DNA of 64,000 nt from Octopus sinensis (Eukaryota): positions 37,572,001-37,636,000 of the forward strand of contig NC_043004.1 in the NCBI RefSeq assembly GCF_006345805.1. The letters run 5' to 3'. Every line of letters starts with the position of its first letter. Within the stretch, counting starts at the first letter, position 1. The position numbers and the translations under genes were made by a program. Shown one piece after another: positions 1 to 12,212 of the stretch. The notes beneath the pieces were generated by a model that had not been told where the DNA came from, did not search any database, and saw nothing but the letters and a program-made list of their open reading frames with translations.

Positions 1-2094
1 CCAGCGGCATGGAAGCCAGCCAAGGCGGCGCTGGCAACGTTCGGATGGTCTTTTTATGTGCCACCGGCACAGGAGCCAGTCGGGGCGGCGCTGGCATCGG
101 CAACGTTCGGATAGTGCTTTTTATGTGCCACCGGCACAGGCATCAGAACTACTATTTCCATTGATATTTATTTCGACGTTCATGTTCATGTACTTGACTC
201 AACAGGTCTCCTCAAGCACAGCGGGACGTTCTGGGATCCGGGGTACTTTGAATGGGCAAGGGCTATGTGGAACTGATGCAGGAAGCAGCCCGGGTCTTTG
301 CAGTCACAGCATATCTCTAGAGATCTCGGTCCTTTGCCATTGCCTCAGTGAGGCCCAACGCTTTGAGGTCATGCTTGACTACCTCATCCCATGACTTCCT
401 GGGTTTACCTCTCCCCCTGATACCTTCAACTGTTTGGGAGTGGCACTTCTTCACACATCTCTCCTCATCCATCCGCAGCACATGACCATACCATCGCAAG
501 CGTCGCTCTTGCACACCACATCTGATGCTTCTTATATCCAGCATTTCTCTCAGGGTGCTTACACTCTGTTGTGCGTGCACACTGACATTACACATCCAGC
601 GGATCATGCTAGCTTCATTTCTTTCAAGTCTACGCATGTCCTCTGCAGTCACAGCCCATGTTTCACTGCCGTGAAGCATGGCAGTTCGCACACATGCATC
701 ATACAATCTACCTTTCGCTCTGAGGGAGAGACCCTTTGTCGCCAGTAGGGGCAGGAGCTTTCTGAACTTTGCCCAGGCTATTCGTATTCTAGTGGTGATA
801 CTCTCTGTGCATCCACCTCCACTACTGACTTGGTCACCCATTTAGCGGAAACTATCAACTACTTCTAGTTTCTCTCCCTGGAGTGTGATGGAATCTGTTT
901 TCTGAGTGTCTGTGGTGTCTATTGTCCCTGTGCATCTGCCGCACATGAAAGCTATCTTATCTGTTAATTTCCCTTTAATGTTGCTGCACCTCTTGTGCGT
1001 TCATAGCTTACATTGGGTGCATCTTATGGAGTTTCTACCTACACCTTTCCTACAGATCGAGCAGGGCCACCTGCCCGAGTGGGTGTGTGCTGAGTTCGCC
1101 TTTCTGCTTACTATAACTTTGGTCTTTGCTACATTTACTCTAAGGCCCTTTGATTCTAACCCTTGCTTCCACACCCGAAATTTCTTTTCTAGTTCCGGTA
1201 GTGATTCTGCTATGAGAGCCAGGTCATCAGCATAGAGGAGCTCCCAGGGGCATCCTGTTTTGAATTCCCCTGTTATTGCCTGGAGGACTATGATGAATAA
1301 AAGGGGACTGAGGGCTGAGCCTTGGTGCACACCTACTTCTACCCGAAATTCTTCACTATATTCGTTGTCAATCCTAACCTTGCTGACAGCCTCTCTGTAT
1401 AGAGCCTGTACAGCCCTTATTAGCCATTCGTCAATCTCCAGTTTCTGCATTGACCACCAGATAAGGGAATGGGGAACCCTGTCAAAGGCTTTCTCCAAGT
1501 CCACAAAAGCTATGTAGAGGGGTTTATCTTTAGCTAGGTACTTCTCCTGCAGTTGTCGGACCAGGAATATAGCATCAGTGGTGCTTCTACCCGGCACAAA
1601 ACCGAACTGCATTTCATCTAAGCAAATTCTCTCTCTAATGAGATGGGTTATGACCCTCTCTGTGACCTTCATCACCTTATCCAACAGTTTGATACCCCTG
1701 TAGTTATTTCTATCTAGCACATCACCCTTACCCTTGTAGCAGTTGACTATGGTGCTGCTACGTCAGTCATTGGGTATGACTCCATTATGAACTACCTCGT
1801 TTACAATGCGGGTGACTAGGCCATAGCCCTCATAGCCAGCTGTTTTAAGCATCTCAGCAGTGATTCCTGATGGGCCGGGGGCATTACCTGGTTTCATATC
1901 CTTAATTGCCTTAACTACAAGGGAGCTGTCTATTCGGGTAGCTGGTCCCTCTACTGGGTCAACATTTGGCAGGCTCTCCTCCTCCCATTCATTCTCCTCA
2001 TTCAGCAGTCTTTCATAATGGCTTCTCCAAGCCTCTTTCTTTTCACTAACAGTAAAAGCAAGTGCCCCATCATCCATGCAGACACAATATACAT
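1..2094 (-). mobile_element. RTE-clade LINE, 5'-truncated and frameshifted (RT, C-terminus, 3'UTR with ~67-bp tandem units at 1-140)
   Basis: Minus ORFs 1763-2131, 1001-1720 and 317-841 carry RT motifs (NYRGIKLL, AFVDLEKAFDRV, GVHQGSALSP, LYADD) and the RTE C-terminus (MLHGSETW, RRLRWYGHVLRM). Confidence 0.9.
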
Positions 2095-2468
2095 ATACAA
2101 ATAAGAAAATGGAGGAACAGATTCCTTTCAATCATCGACTTACAGATAATACCAATTCATATTATTTATTAACTACTTAAAAAGGAACATCCAAATCCAA
2201 CAGAATAAAACAATATACATCAATATATTACCTCAATACATCTAACTAATATAGGCACAATGAGATACTTTTATCTACAGGCTGAAACAGCTGGAAGATC
2301 CATTTTATATGTATTATTTTTATGGTATTATCTTACTTATTGATGTATATTATTTTATTCTGCTGGATTTGGATGTTCCTTTTTAAGTAGTTAATAAATA
2401 ATATGAATTGGTATTATCTGTAAGTCGATGATTGAAAGGAATCTGTTCCTCCATTTTCTTATTTGTAT
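2095..2468. mobile_element. Penelope-like fragment with ~127-bp inverted arms
   Basis: 2095-2222 is the reverse complement of 2340-2468 with 2 mismatches. 2223-2468 is homologous to the minus strand of 4098-4375, including the 3' half of a hammerhead. Confidence 0.65.
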
Positions 2469-2917
2469 TATGAATTTGAGGTAAAATATTTTACCATCGC
2501 CCATCTAATACAATAAATGAATTAATTGCATTGCAATTATAAGCATTTATGTATTTGCCTTTTGGGCACTTCACTAGTAGTATATTGGATAACTGATATC
2601 CCATAGTGGGTTACACTCATAACCCCTATCTCACTTTGTGCTATATACATACATTATATATACGATTATATATACGTACCTATATAAGTGTGCCCTGAAG
2701 GTTGGGAGAGGAGTTTAGTAAAAATCCACAGGAGTAGATTTTATTTCTTCGTAATTTTCAGAAAAATGGATAAATTGTTATGAAAATTTAGAGAAAAACC
2801 TTTTGGAGAAGATTAGGATTATTTCAGAATATAATATGAATGAAGAGAAACACTAACATATTCACACCACAATTTACATTATATATATATATCCATACAT
2901 TTTATTTGTATACTTGT

Positions 2918-2966
<49 letters not shown>

Positions 2967-3242
2967 AGTACACACACATATATATAGTCACTAACCTCAA
3001 CAGCACTCTGTTGCCACCCCACCTGTCCATTCGTCCCCAAATAACCCTGCAGCGAAATAGAGAGGAGTCGAGCCAATTCTATTCTTCCTGTTGACATCGC
3101 TACCCCGAGATATTAAGGGCTTCACAGCTTCAAGTTGATGCCTGGGAGTAAAAGATAGAAACATTGGCTAATTTACATTAAACACCTATTACCAACACAT
3201 AAATATTCAGTCATTAAATATATGTGTGTGTGTATATACATA

Positions 3243-3586
3243 TAAAGGGTAAAGACCCCCTTCGGTCATGAATGACCATGGGATTGCACCTAGAAAGTTA
3301 CCCTCCTAGACACAAGTCCGGGCATGGTTGTTTATGGAAGACCAGCAGTCGCCCATGCATACCAGCCTCTCCTCTCCATGCCACCAGTGTTATCCAAGGG
3401 AAAGACAAAGGTCGATACAGCTTGGCACCAGTGACGTCGCAACTCATTTCTACAGCTGAGTGAACTGGAGCAACGTGAAATAAAGTGCTTTGCTCAAGAA
3501 CACAACACGCAGCCCGGTCCGGGATTCGAGCTCAGAACCTCACGATCGTAAGCTCGACGCTCTAACCACTGAGCCATGCGCCATCC

Positions 3587-3588
<2 letters not shown>
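3243..3588 (-). mobile_element. tRNA-derived SINE (family C)
   Basis: Minus-strand head GGCGCATGGCTCAGTGGTTAGAGCG...TCGAATCCCGG with A and B boxes; a related partial copy is at about 27150-27350. Confidence 0.85.
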
Positions 3589-3629
<41 letters not shown>

Positions 3630-4073
3630 GACATACAATAAAAACATCAAGATATGCATATTGATGCGTGTTTATGTTATAATCCGTTAAGAATTTTGTA
3701 CGTGAGTGTGTAGATATATTAATGCGTGAATGTATATGTATATATTTACTGCTAGATGTGTATACAATTGAAAACAAATCAATTGTTGTAAGAATCTACA
3801 GATTTACAATGTGTATAATATGTTTATACATTGAAAAAATAGTTTGTCTTTTTTACATGTTGTTCCTGCAACTGAATACTATATACAGTAGAATATACAC
3901 AAGCAATGTGTTGTGCAAAATATTTTTGTGATGGCTGGAGTGTGTGAAAGTGTGAGAGATAGATCGAAGACAGATTTATTATCGATCTAAACAACGGTAG
4001 CAATTCGTTATCGATAGCTTGAAAACTACATCTGGAAACATAACGAATATAAAACAAACAGACACATACACAA

Positions 4074-4097
<24 letters not shown>

Positions 4098-4110
<13 letters not shown>

Positions 4111-4440
4111 ATAAGAAAATGGAGGAATAGATTTCTTTCAATCATCAACTACTAGATAATACCAATTCATATAATTTATTAACTAATTATTTAGGAACAT
4201 CCAGATCAAACAGAATAATACAGAATAAAACAGTACATACCAATAAGTAAGATAATACCATAAGAACAATACATATAAATATAAAATGGATCTTACAGCT
4301 GTTTCAGCCTGTAGATAAGAGTATCTCATTATGCTCATATTAGTCAGATGTATTGAGGTAATATGCAGTTATAAATGAGTTACTTATATATATATCTCAA
4401 GGCCTCGTCAGAGATTATAAAGTACAACTATAAAGGCATA
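4098..4440 (-). mobile_element. Penelope-like element terminal-repeat fragment
   Basis: Second copy of the 2095-2468 sequence; contains a full minimal hammerhead core, a hallmark of Penelope-like elements. Confidence 0.6.
4290..4415 (-). ncRNA. Minimal type I hammerhead ribozyme motif
   Basis: Minus strand reads ATCT-CTGACGA-GGCCT-(89 nt)-AGGCT-GAAA-CAGCTG-TA-AGAT: CUGANGA and GAAA cores, GUA cleavage triplet, stems I and II, and palindromic stem III (ACAGCTGT). Confidence 0.7.
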
Positions 4441-4449
4441 AAGGTTTTT

Positions 4450-5450
4450 CTCACTCTTTCACGAACTTAATTGCAGCAGTTATCTTCCCTTGGTGATAAT
4501 GTTTCTTACACCTTTACTGCTCCAGGGTGTGAGCAAGTATTTGTAATCTGCCTTGAGAAAGTGTTATTCTGCACTCTGCCAAGACGTGTGCCAGAGTGCC
4601 CCTTTCCCACAAAGTCTACACAGCTGGTCTTCCCTCAAACTTTATCTGTGCAGGTTTGTTGGCGTCGGGAGTGTGTCATACACCACCCAATGCAGGAAGG
4701 AGATGTGCAAAGGTTCCAGCCTCCACAGGTCAGTCCATGTGAGTTTCCTCTTAGGGAGATCCCATTTAGTCCATGCACTCAGAGATTCCAACTCCACAGC
4801 TCTTGATTTCCTGTTATCTTCCTCCTGGTACCACATTGCTTTCTGAGTCATAGCCCACCTCTGCCTAGTGTCTGCTTTCTTCCATTGTTGGAAATAGGAA
4901 GAGCCAAGTCCCTGGCGACTCCAACATGTAGCTCCAGCATACCTTCAGCCTGAGCGACAGCGGTGCTAGTTACCCACACCTTGTGGTAATACCTGCATGT
5001 CTGACAAGCTTGTCCTTAGAGTCTGTACATCATTACATTACAGTTTGCAACTTTCAATTCCTCCATTGACAGGGGAAGTTGTAGCCTTCCAGATCTTATG
5101 GACAGGCCTACTGAAGTGAAGTTTGGGAAACTCCTAGCATCTTTGGAGGTATTTAGTTATCTTTCTCTCTACCCTTTCCACACTTGTCATTGGAACATCA
5201 TACAGCATCAGCAACCATATGAGTCTTGGGAGCAGTCTGTGTTGGTAGAGCCATGCCCTGAACTTTCCTGGAATCCCTGATCTATCAATCCTCATCAGCC
5301 ACTCCTCTGCTTGCTTCACAATTTTGGTGACATTGCTTATCTCTGACAGTGATTGTCAAACATCTTTTCAAAGCATTTACAAGGATTTACCTCTATTGAT
5401 GGAATACTCCTTGCACTTGGAGCCTGATTTTGTTGGTTACCTTAATGCCC
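4450..5450 (-). mobile_element. HERO-like restriction-like-endonuclease LINE fragment
   Basis: Minus peptides GKFRAWLYQHRLLPRLIW and WTKWDLPKRKLTWTDLWRLEP...YDTLPTPTNLHR are typical of this LINE type; multiple frameshifts. Confidence 0.75.
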
Positions 5451-5749
5451 TCCCTGATTACCATGCTCCTCAAAATGCTTAGGAAGATGGTTCAATTCAT
5501 GCATAAGCTCAAGGAAGAGAAAGAAAACCACTTTATGTTTGTCACTGAATCTAATACAAAGTAATTATTTGAGACTAGATATCTGTGGGAACTTCTGGAT
5601 GACACCAAATTCTGTTGAATATGTTCAAAGTGTGAAAAGTGGATACAAATGAAAGGAAATGATAGGGGAATAAAAACATAAATAAGGTAGTGCTTCATTA
5701 GTACTTTGTAGCCATAAAAAATGTAAAAATGTGTGAGTGGCTCATACAC

Positions 5750-6800
5750 AACTGTATTACAGATGTTTAGACAACACTATCAACATCATCTGGAGGAAAA
5801 CACCTACCATCACAAAGTGGCAGACATACACCTACCATTGAATTACAGGTATGATGGTCATCAAGAAAATAAAGGATGCTTTTTTTCTGCATTTCAACAT
5901 CTGTCAGATCTCTTCACTCCTAATTGGAAACCAAGATTTCTGGTCTCCTACCAACAGAATCTCTATTAATTTAACAGAATCATCCTACCAACTGCTTCCT
6001 AACCATGATGGTTCTATACCAGTGATTCTCAAACCTTTTAAATGTGGTTTCTTTTCATTTACCTAGGATTTCTCAATGTCCCTCTCCTTGCTACGACTCT
6101 ATATAACATATTTTTAATGTCGTTTCAATTAATATCAGATCAGATTAATTTCCCTCTTGATCCTAGTCTTGACATGGGTGACTACTTACCACAGCACCTT
6201 CACCAGAATACGTGAATACTTGATGCTTCACCAGTTTGTTTTGTTTACTGATCCAACCGTTGATACATAGCTTCAGTTAAAGTCAGGTACACATTCTTTG
6301 TGTTTCATATATACATAACCTCATATAATATTTTCCCACAGCGCCCCAATGCATGTGTAGTACTGACCTCAATAGGAAATCCTGCTCAATATTCGTGCAG
6401 ACAATATCTAATCTAGTGACTACCATCCTGTCATTCTAACTTCCAATGTTTCAATTATGAAGTAAAAAGTCACAAACAACCATCATATTTGTCCCTTTAG
6501 GTATCTTTCATTATTCAATGAACACCAGTACAGTTTTATAAAGCCAGATCAAGAGGGTCTTGGTACCTGTGTGACACACCAGTGTTTTCGTATGTTTGAC
6601 AAATTCTGCATAAAATGGTGTAGCCCTTGACATCAGTAAAACCTTCGACTGTGTATGGCAAAAGGATTTCTTTAAAACGTCACCATCGATCTATGGACTC
6701 CATCTGTCTCTCATTTCATGTGAAAATTTCATGTCAGTATACTCCCTTGCAGTGTGTGATGATGGGTTTCTCTCTCATTCATATTTTATCAACTTTGCTA
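5750..6800 (+). mobile_element. Old Jockey/I-group LINE remnant
   Basis: Degenerate peptides DFWS...SS..L.NHDGSI, SDYHPVILTS and ALDISKTFDCVW appear in ORF2 order. Confidence 0.55.
6190..6270 (-). CDS. Candidate exon of unidentified gene (LCINGWISKQNKLVKHQVFTYSGEGAV)
   Basis: AG acceptor with upstream CTGAC, GTAAGT donor, 81 nt open, phase 0/0 matching the 7601 exon. It lies inside an old LINE remnant, so it is uncertain. Confidence 0.4.
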
Positions 6801-6829
6801 TGCTCAAAATTTGGTGAGGAATAATATTT

Positions 6830-7436
6830 GTTTCTACTCTAGGCACAAGGCCCGAAATTTTGGGGGAGGGGCCAGTCGATTAGACCGACTGCAGTACACA
6901 ACTGGTACTTAATTTATTGACCTAGAAAGGATGACAGGAAAAGTCGACCTCGGTGGAATTTGAACTCAGAACATAAACACAGACGAAATACTGCTAAGCA
7001 TTTCACCTGGCGTGCTAACGTTTCTTTACTGCCCACAAGGAGCTACACACAGAGGGGACAAACAAGGGCAGACAAATGGATTAAGTCGATTATATCGACA
7101 CGAGTGCGTAACTGGTACTTATTTAATCGACCCCGAAGGGATGAAAGGCAAAGTCAACCTCAGCGAAATTTGAACTGAGAACATAGCGCCAGACGAAATA
7201 CCTATTTCTTTACTACCCACAAGGGGCTAAACACAGAGAGGACAAACAAGGACAGACAAATGGATTAAGTCGATTATATCGACCCCCGTGCATAACTAGT
7301 ACTTATTTAATCGACCCCGAAAGGATGAAAGGCAAAGTCAACCTCGGCGGAATTTGAACTCAGAACGTAACGGCAGATGAAATACAGCTATGCATTTCAC
7401 CCGGTGTGCTAACGTTTCTGCCAGCTCGCCGCCTTG
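6830..7436 (-). mobile_element. Tandem partial copies of tRNA-derived SINE family B
   Basis: Three repeats of ATCGACCCCGAAAGGATGAAAGGCAAAGTCAACCTCGGCGGAATTTGAACTCAGAAC. Confidence 0.85.
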
Positions 7437-7600
7437 GTCAAGAATTTTATTATAACATTAATGGCGATTAGAAGAAAGAGATGAAGAAAGAAATGCAATA
7501 TTATGGAGAAATATATGCAGTTAGTTTGAAGTTTTCAAATTGCGTATAAAATAATAAAGAAATAGGCATTTTTGAGAAAGCAATAAACAGAACAACTTAC

Positions 7601-7686
7601 TTGACCTGGCTGCTTTTCTATTACGGTTTTCAACTCTTCAACATCACCATCAATTTTATTAAAGATTGTATAATCTGTCATGTCTT
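7601..7686 (-). CDS. Exon of unidentified protein-coding gene ((E)DMTDYTIFNKIDGDVEELKTVIEKQPGQ)
   Basis: Strong pyrimidine tract ending TTCAG, GTAAGT donor, 86 nt open, phase 1/0, protein-like composition. Confidence 0.65.
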
Positions 7687-7926
7687 CTGAATAAAAGATG
7701 TCAAAAAAAGAGTAAAACAGTTTTAAAAAACTTATAAAATGAGGTAAAAAACAATACACAGAAGTTGATGGTTCTAAAATCTTGCATAAGATAACATTGA
7801 TATTGTAAACTTCAGTTTATCTAAAGTATTATTCATAGCTGAATGTTTTTGAAACTAATAAACCTAACAATAGTCATTGTGTTGTGTCTGTAGGATAGAT
7901 TACAGATTGACTGGTTACTATTAAAC

Positions 7927-7986
7927 CTTCAATATTGGAATGTACAGTCTGTTGATCAACTAGGTAGAGACACTGTGCATCTTGAG
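7927..7986 (-). CDS. Candidate exon of the same gene (AQDAQCLYLVDQQTVHSNIE)
   Basis: TTTATAG acceptor, weak GTTTAA donor, 60 nt, phase 1/1; joins in frame to 7686. Confidence 0.45.
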
Positions 7987-8287
7987 CTATAAATCTGTGG
8001 ATCATACTCCAGCTACGGTGGAGGGCACTTTATATCAAAGACAAATTGATTCTCTAAAGAAAGGTAATGAGTAAGGGTATCTTTTTTTCTTCGCAAATGT
8101 AAATAAACCCAATCTGTTTCTTAAAGGAGGGACATATTCATACAGCACGAAATGTTTTCATCCCAAATGGACTACAGCGATTGGTTAAAATTGCCGAAAT
8201 GCTCGATTTTAAAGTGGAAATATCTTACAAACTATAGAATTTTCTCAATAAAGCCAAGAAAAAATGATGTTTTATAAACACATTCTA

Positions 8288-9627
8288 GGTACTAGTAGTG
8301 TAGACTGGACCCGGTTTGCGCACACGGAAAAAATGGTTGGGAAACACTGATCTCTTTTGTTAGTCGAAATACTGGTTTCTTACTTGGATACAATGTACAG
8401 AAGTCTGTACAATCAACTGAATCAATCGGGTATAGTACCGGTATTTATCTAATTGATTCGTGCAGTGGTGAACTGACAAAGCTCATGCTGGCTGGATTTG
8501 AATACTCGGGGGAAAAAAAAAAAAAAAAAAAAGAAAGAGAGCTAAACTCAATAATTCTGTAAATAGTCTTCCTTTTCTTTTTTGCGACACTACTATTTTG
8601 CTACACTCATAGCCCTGCGGAAATGTCATAAAAAAATATCTGGAGGACGGATTATAAAAATAAAAGTATTCATATACTCCTAGAAAACATGCATTTTTCT
8701 GAAAAAGTTTATTTAGAGTCCTAGGTTTTATATGTCAGAATAAACTTTTTCAGAAAAATACATTTCTGAAGGGGAGGTGTGAATTTGCATTAGCCCCATT
8801 CCCAAATCTTTTAGTGGGTGCATCAAATAGCTTTTCCGACATCCTCAAAAACTTCACGGATGCGAAAATGAAGGACATATATATAACAGGTATGTACAAC
8901 ATATATTTCTGTACTTCCTGTTTATTCGTATAAATCATTGAAATTGTTGTGCGCGCACACAGAGACACGAATACACCAATTATACACAATTTCTATATAT
9001 ATTTAATAACGAACCATGTAATTCACACCCAGGAAATTTTATTTCTGTAAAATGTTGGGAGTGGGTGAAACTTCCGAGGCTTCCACCTCACCCCACTCCA
9101 TTTTTCGAACCGCAAATTCATTCAATGAAAAAAAAAAAAAAAATCCAATTCGCCACCCCCTTTTCCGAACCAAAATAAGGGATTTGCAGCATATTAGGGC
9201 AAGGAGGTCAGAGTATTTGATTCTACGCAAAAAATCCGAATTAAAAAAAAAATTTTTTTCCTTAGTGAAAATTGCGGGGTGGGGGTGGGGCCTCCCTTCC
9301 GAACCAAAATATGGGATTTACAGCATATTACGAGGTCAGGGTACTTGATTCCACGCAAAAAATCCGAGTTTCTTTTTTTTTTTTTAGTGAAAATCGTGCG
9401 GGTGTTACTCTGTATTTTACCAAAAAAATTATATACATTTGTGTGAAGAAATTAATTCATTAAGTTTAACAAATTATAAACGTCTGTGTAAAAAAAAAAA
9501 ATTTTCAGGAATTATATACGTTTGCGTACGCGCATGCGCCAGTCAGCTCGTAGGATCAACTACCTACGTCTGGCTGGCGCGGACGCGCGTGTGCACAAAC
9601 CGGGTCCAGTCTACGCTACTAGTACCC
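8288..9627. mobile_element. Merlin-like non-autonomous DNA transposon
   Basis: TIRs GGTACTAGTAG(T/C)GTAGACTGGACCCGG; flanking duplication (C)ACATTCTA of 8-9 bp; splits another repeat whose unsplit form occurs near 12985. Confidence 0.7.
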
Positions 9628-10034
9628 ACATTCTATACGAAGTTTAAAAGTGTTTAGTTAACTAGAAATTGTGTTGAAAACTGCCGTTCAAAAGGAAAAG
9701 ATCCCTATATGCAGCTCCACACACACAAATACACGAAACACCATTCTACACAATGCCCGCATTAGGATACTTCAACATATATACACACACGTTCCCTTAC
9801 GCACACTCAGGCCCACATAATTTTAAGCTCCCCCACACATCCTTCTTAAATGCACACACGTGCTTACGCAACCTAGTTCAGCAGGGGCAGCGTTATTAGC
9901 TCCCTTTATCTCAGACTCTTTCTTCCAGAAATTTCATCACGTTCAACCGTTAATTCCTACACATTTTCTTTCTCTCCTTTATTTTCGTTCCCTCTCCATT
10001 TTCACCTTAAATCCATTTTGTTGAAAAGCGTAGC

Positions 10035-10832
10035 GGTACTACTAGCTAGTCGTAAGTCGTCGATCCTACAACGACTTGCGCGTATGCAAATGAGTTGATT
10101 TTACAGACTAAAATAAAAGAATTTTTTAAAGAAAGTAAATAAATTATTTCTTAGAACAATGTATGATTTTTTGGCACTACCACGGAATTAGCTGTCAGGA
10201 AGAAAGTAAAAAAAGTGTGACGTCAATCTGACGTCACTCGTCCACCTTCGTTTCTTTCCGTAGAATTTATCAAATTAAAAAACGCAAAATTAATATATTT
10301 TTTGAAATTGCAAATTATTTAGAATATAAAAATATACCATGACAGTGCCGATTTTTTTTACACAAATCAAATAAAACGTGTTTGATATATTCTTTAGTTT
10401 TTAATCATGTGTGTGTGTATATACACACCGATACAAATAGATATTATATATGTGTTTATGTGTGATATATTCTTTTACTAGTTTATATATACCTGAACGA
10501 TGTACCTACTATGGATGCTGTCCAAAAACTAAAAACTAGTAAAAGAATATATCACGCATAAACACATATATATCTATTTGTATCGGTGTATATACACACA
10601 CACACACACATTATGATTAAAAACTAAAGAATATATCACACATTTTATTTGATTTGTGTAAAAAAATCATATACATTGTTCTAAGAAATAATTTATTTAC
10701 TTTCTTAAAAAAATTCTTTTATTTTATTCTGTAAAAGTAACTCATTTGCATACGCGCAAGTCATTGTAGGATCGACTACTTACGACTAGCTAGCGCGGAC
10801 GCGCACCGGGTCCAGTCTTCGCTAGTAGTACC
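10035..10832. mobile_element. Merlin-like foldback element with ~270-bp inverted arms
   Basis: GGTACT...AGTACC ends, 8-bp TSD AGCGTAGC, long internal palindrome with a ~48-nt spacer. Confidence 0.75.
10173..10349. mobile_element. Nested MITE with GGCACT...AGTGCC termini
   Basis: Absent from the mirror arm of the host palindrome; 8-bp TSD GATTTTTT. Confidence 0.7.
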
Positions 10833-11371
10833 AGCGTAGCTTCTAAACATCAAAGATTTTCCCATTTTTTCACGAGCGCCAAACTAATACACCTTCTTGT
10901 TGTGCCCTCAGCTGTCTTCATCTTTTGTTTTCTGTAAATTTGTGTGTGTGTGTACTTAAGTTTGGAATTTAAAACTTTTTCTTGTGAAGAGTATCGACTA
11001 GTAACCTTTAACTAAGGTCTTAATACATAAGCATTATGATAAATGTTTTACGAAAACATTTGTGTACACTACACACTGAGACAAAGGGCGGGGGACTGCT
11101 AGTATATATTATACACACACATATATATATGCATAGCAGACTTAATAACAGAGGAAAGAAATGGAGGAAGCGGAGGCACTGAAATAAACACTGGGTCTAC
11201 AATTTGAAGGTCGGAAGGTGAAAAGATAATTTATGGACAGGTCAGAAAGAAAGCTAAAACAGCAAAAGGAGTGGAAGGGAGTTACAGTTACAAACGATAA
11301 ATACATGCAACTTGGCTTTATCACTTTTACACACACACACACATTTATATTCAGTTTTAATTTAATTTATA

Positions 11372-11568
11372 GGGTACTACCTAAGAAGAGTGATCCCGGT
11401 GCGCGCAATCGCGCTAGCTAGTCGTGACTCGTCGATCCTTACTTTGTGTTTTCGTGTAAAAAAATTATTTATTTTGTGTTTCATTTACTTTGCTAGGTAG
11501 TCATTGTAGGATCGACTAGCTAGCGCGAATACGCGCACCAGAGCCACCTTCTTAACTAAATAGTACCC
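11372..11568. mobile_element. Short Merlin-like MITE of the same family
   Basis: GGGTACTA...TAGTACCC ends; shares CGCGCTAGCTAGTCG subterminal motifs; degenerate 8-bp TSD. Confidence 0.6.
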
Positions 11569-11857
11569 AATTTCCACAGCGGAGAAATCCACACTTGTAA
11601 AAACATATACACAAAACCCTACCATTTCAGGCTGACTTAACAGAGTCCCCGCTCTGTGTGACCTCTACCTCTGCAACGCCCTTGTAAGTTTCACAACGAG
11701 AAACAAAGACATTATTTTCCTGATCTCATAATTGGATCACACACATTTCTGATAATTAATATCGTATCATTGATTTATAGACACACAGACAGAGATTAAG
11801 ACGAAAGGATGTTCATTCAAGCGTTAATAGGCCCTATCTTAAATTAAAATGTCTTAC

Positions 11858-11956
11858 CTCAGTTTAGTTTTAAATGGCAGCAACGTAACTGAGTTTCTGT
11901 TGCCGGATGTAGGTTTAAGTTCGAATAGGAGATGGCAAGTAAGCGGAGATAACTCT
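11858..11956 (-). CDS. Weak candidate exon (ELSPLTCHLLFELKPTSGNRNSVTLLPFKTKL)
   Basis: GAG|GTAAGA donor, 99 nt open in phase 2/2; the acceptor is only 10 nt from a SINE head. Confidence 0.25.
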
Positions 11957-11965
11957 CTAAATATA

Positions 11966-12130
11966 GGCGCGTGGGTAGCGGTGTGGTAAGTAGCTTGCTT
12001 ACCAAGCACATGGTTCCGGGTTCAGTCCCACTGCGTGGCACCTTGAGCAAGTGTCTTCTCCTATAGCCTCGGGCTGACCAGAGCCTTGTGAGTGGATTTG
12101 GTATACGGAAACTGAAGAAAACCCGTCGTA
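11966..12130 (+). mobile_element. tRNA-derived SINE family A (5' part)
   Basis: GTGTGGTAAGTAGCTTGCTTACCAA...GGTTCCGGGTTCAGTCCCACTG head shared with the copies at 16866, 21510 and 38960. Confidence 0.85.
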
Positions 12131-12136
12131 TATATG

Positions 12137-12212
<76 letters not shown>

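Noticed and set aside
6310-6435. Open minus frame MVVTRLDIVC...HMHWG as an exon
   Set aside because: Antisense of the LINE RT region (SDYHPVILTS), and the following intron would be only 49 nt.
6190-11956. Naming the second gene as CATIP, DNAAF9 or an ankyrin protein
   Set aside because: Only 4-6 residue resemblances from memory, with inconsistent spacing; needs a real search.
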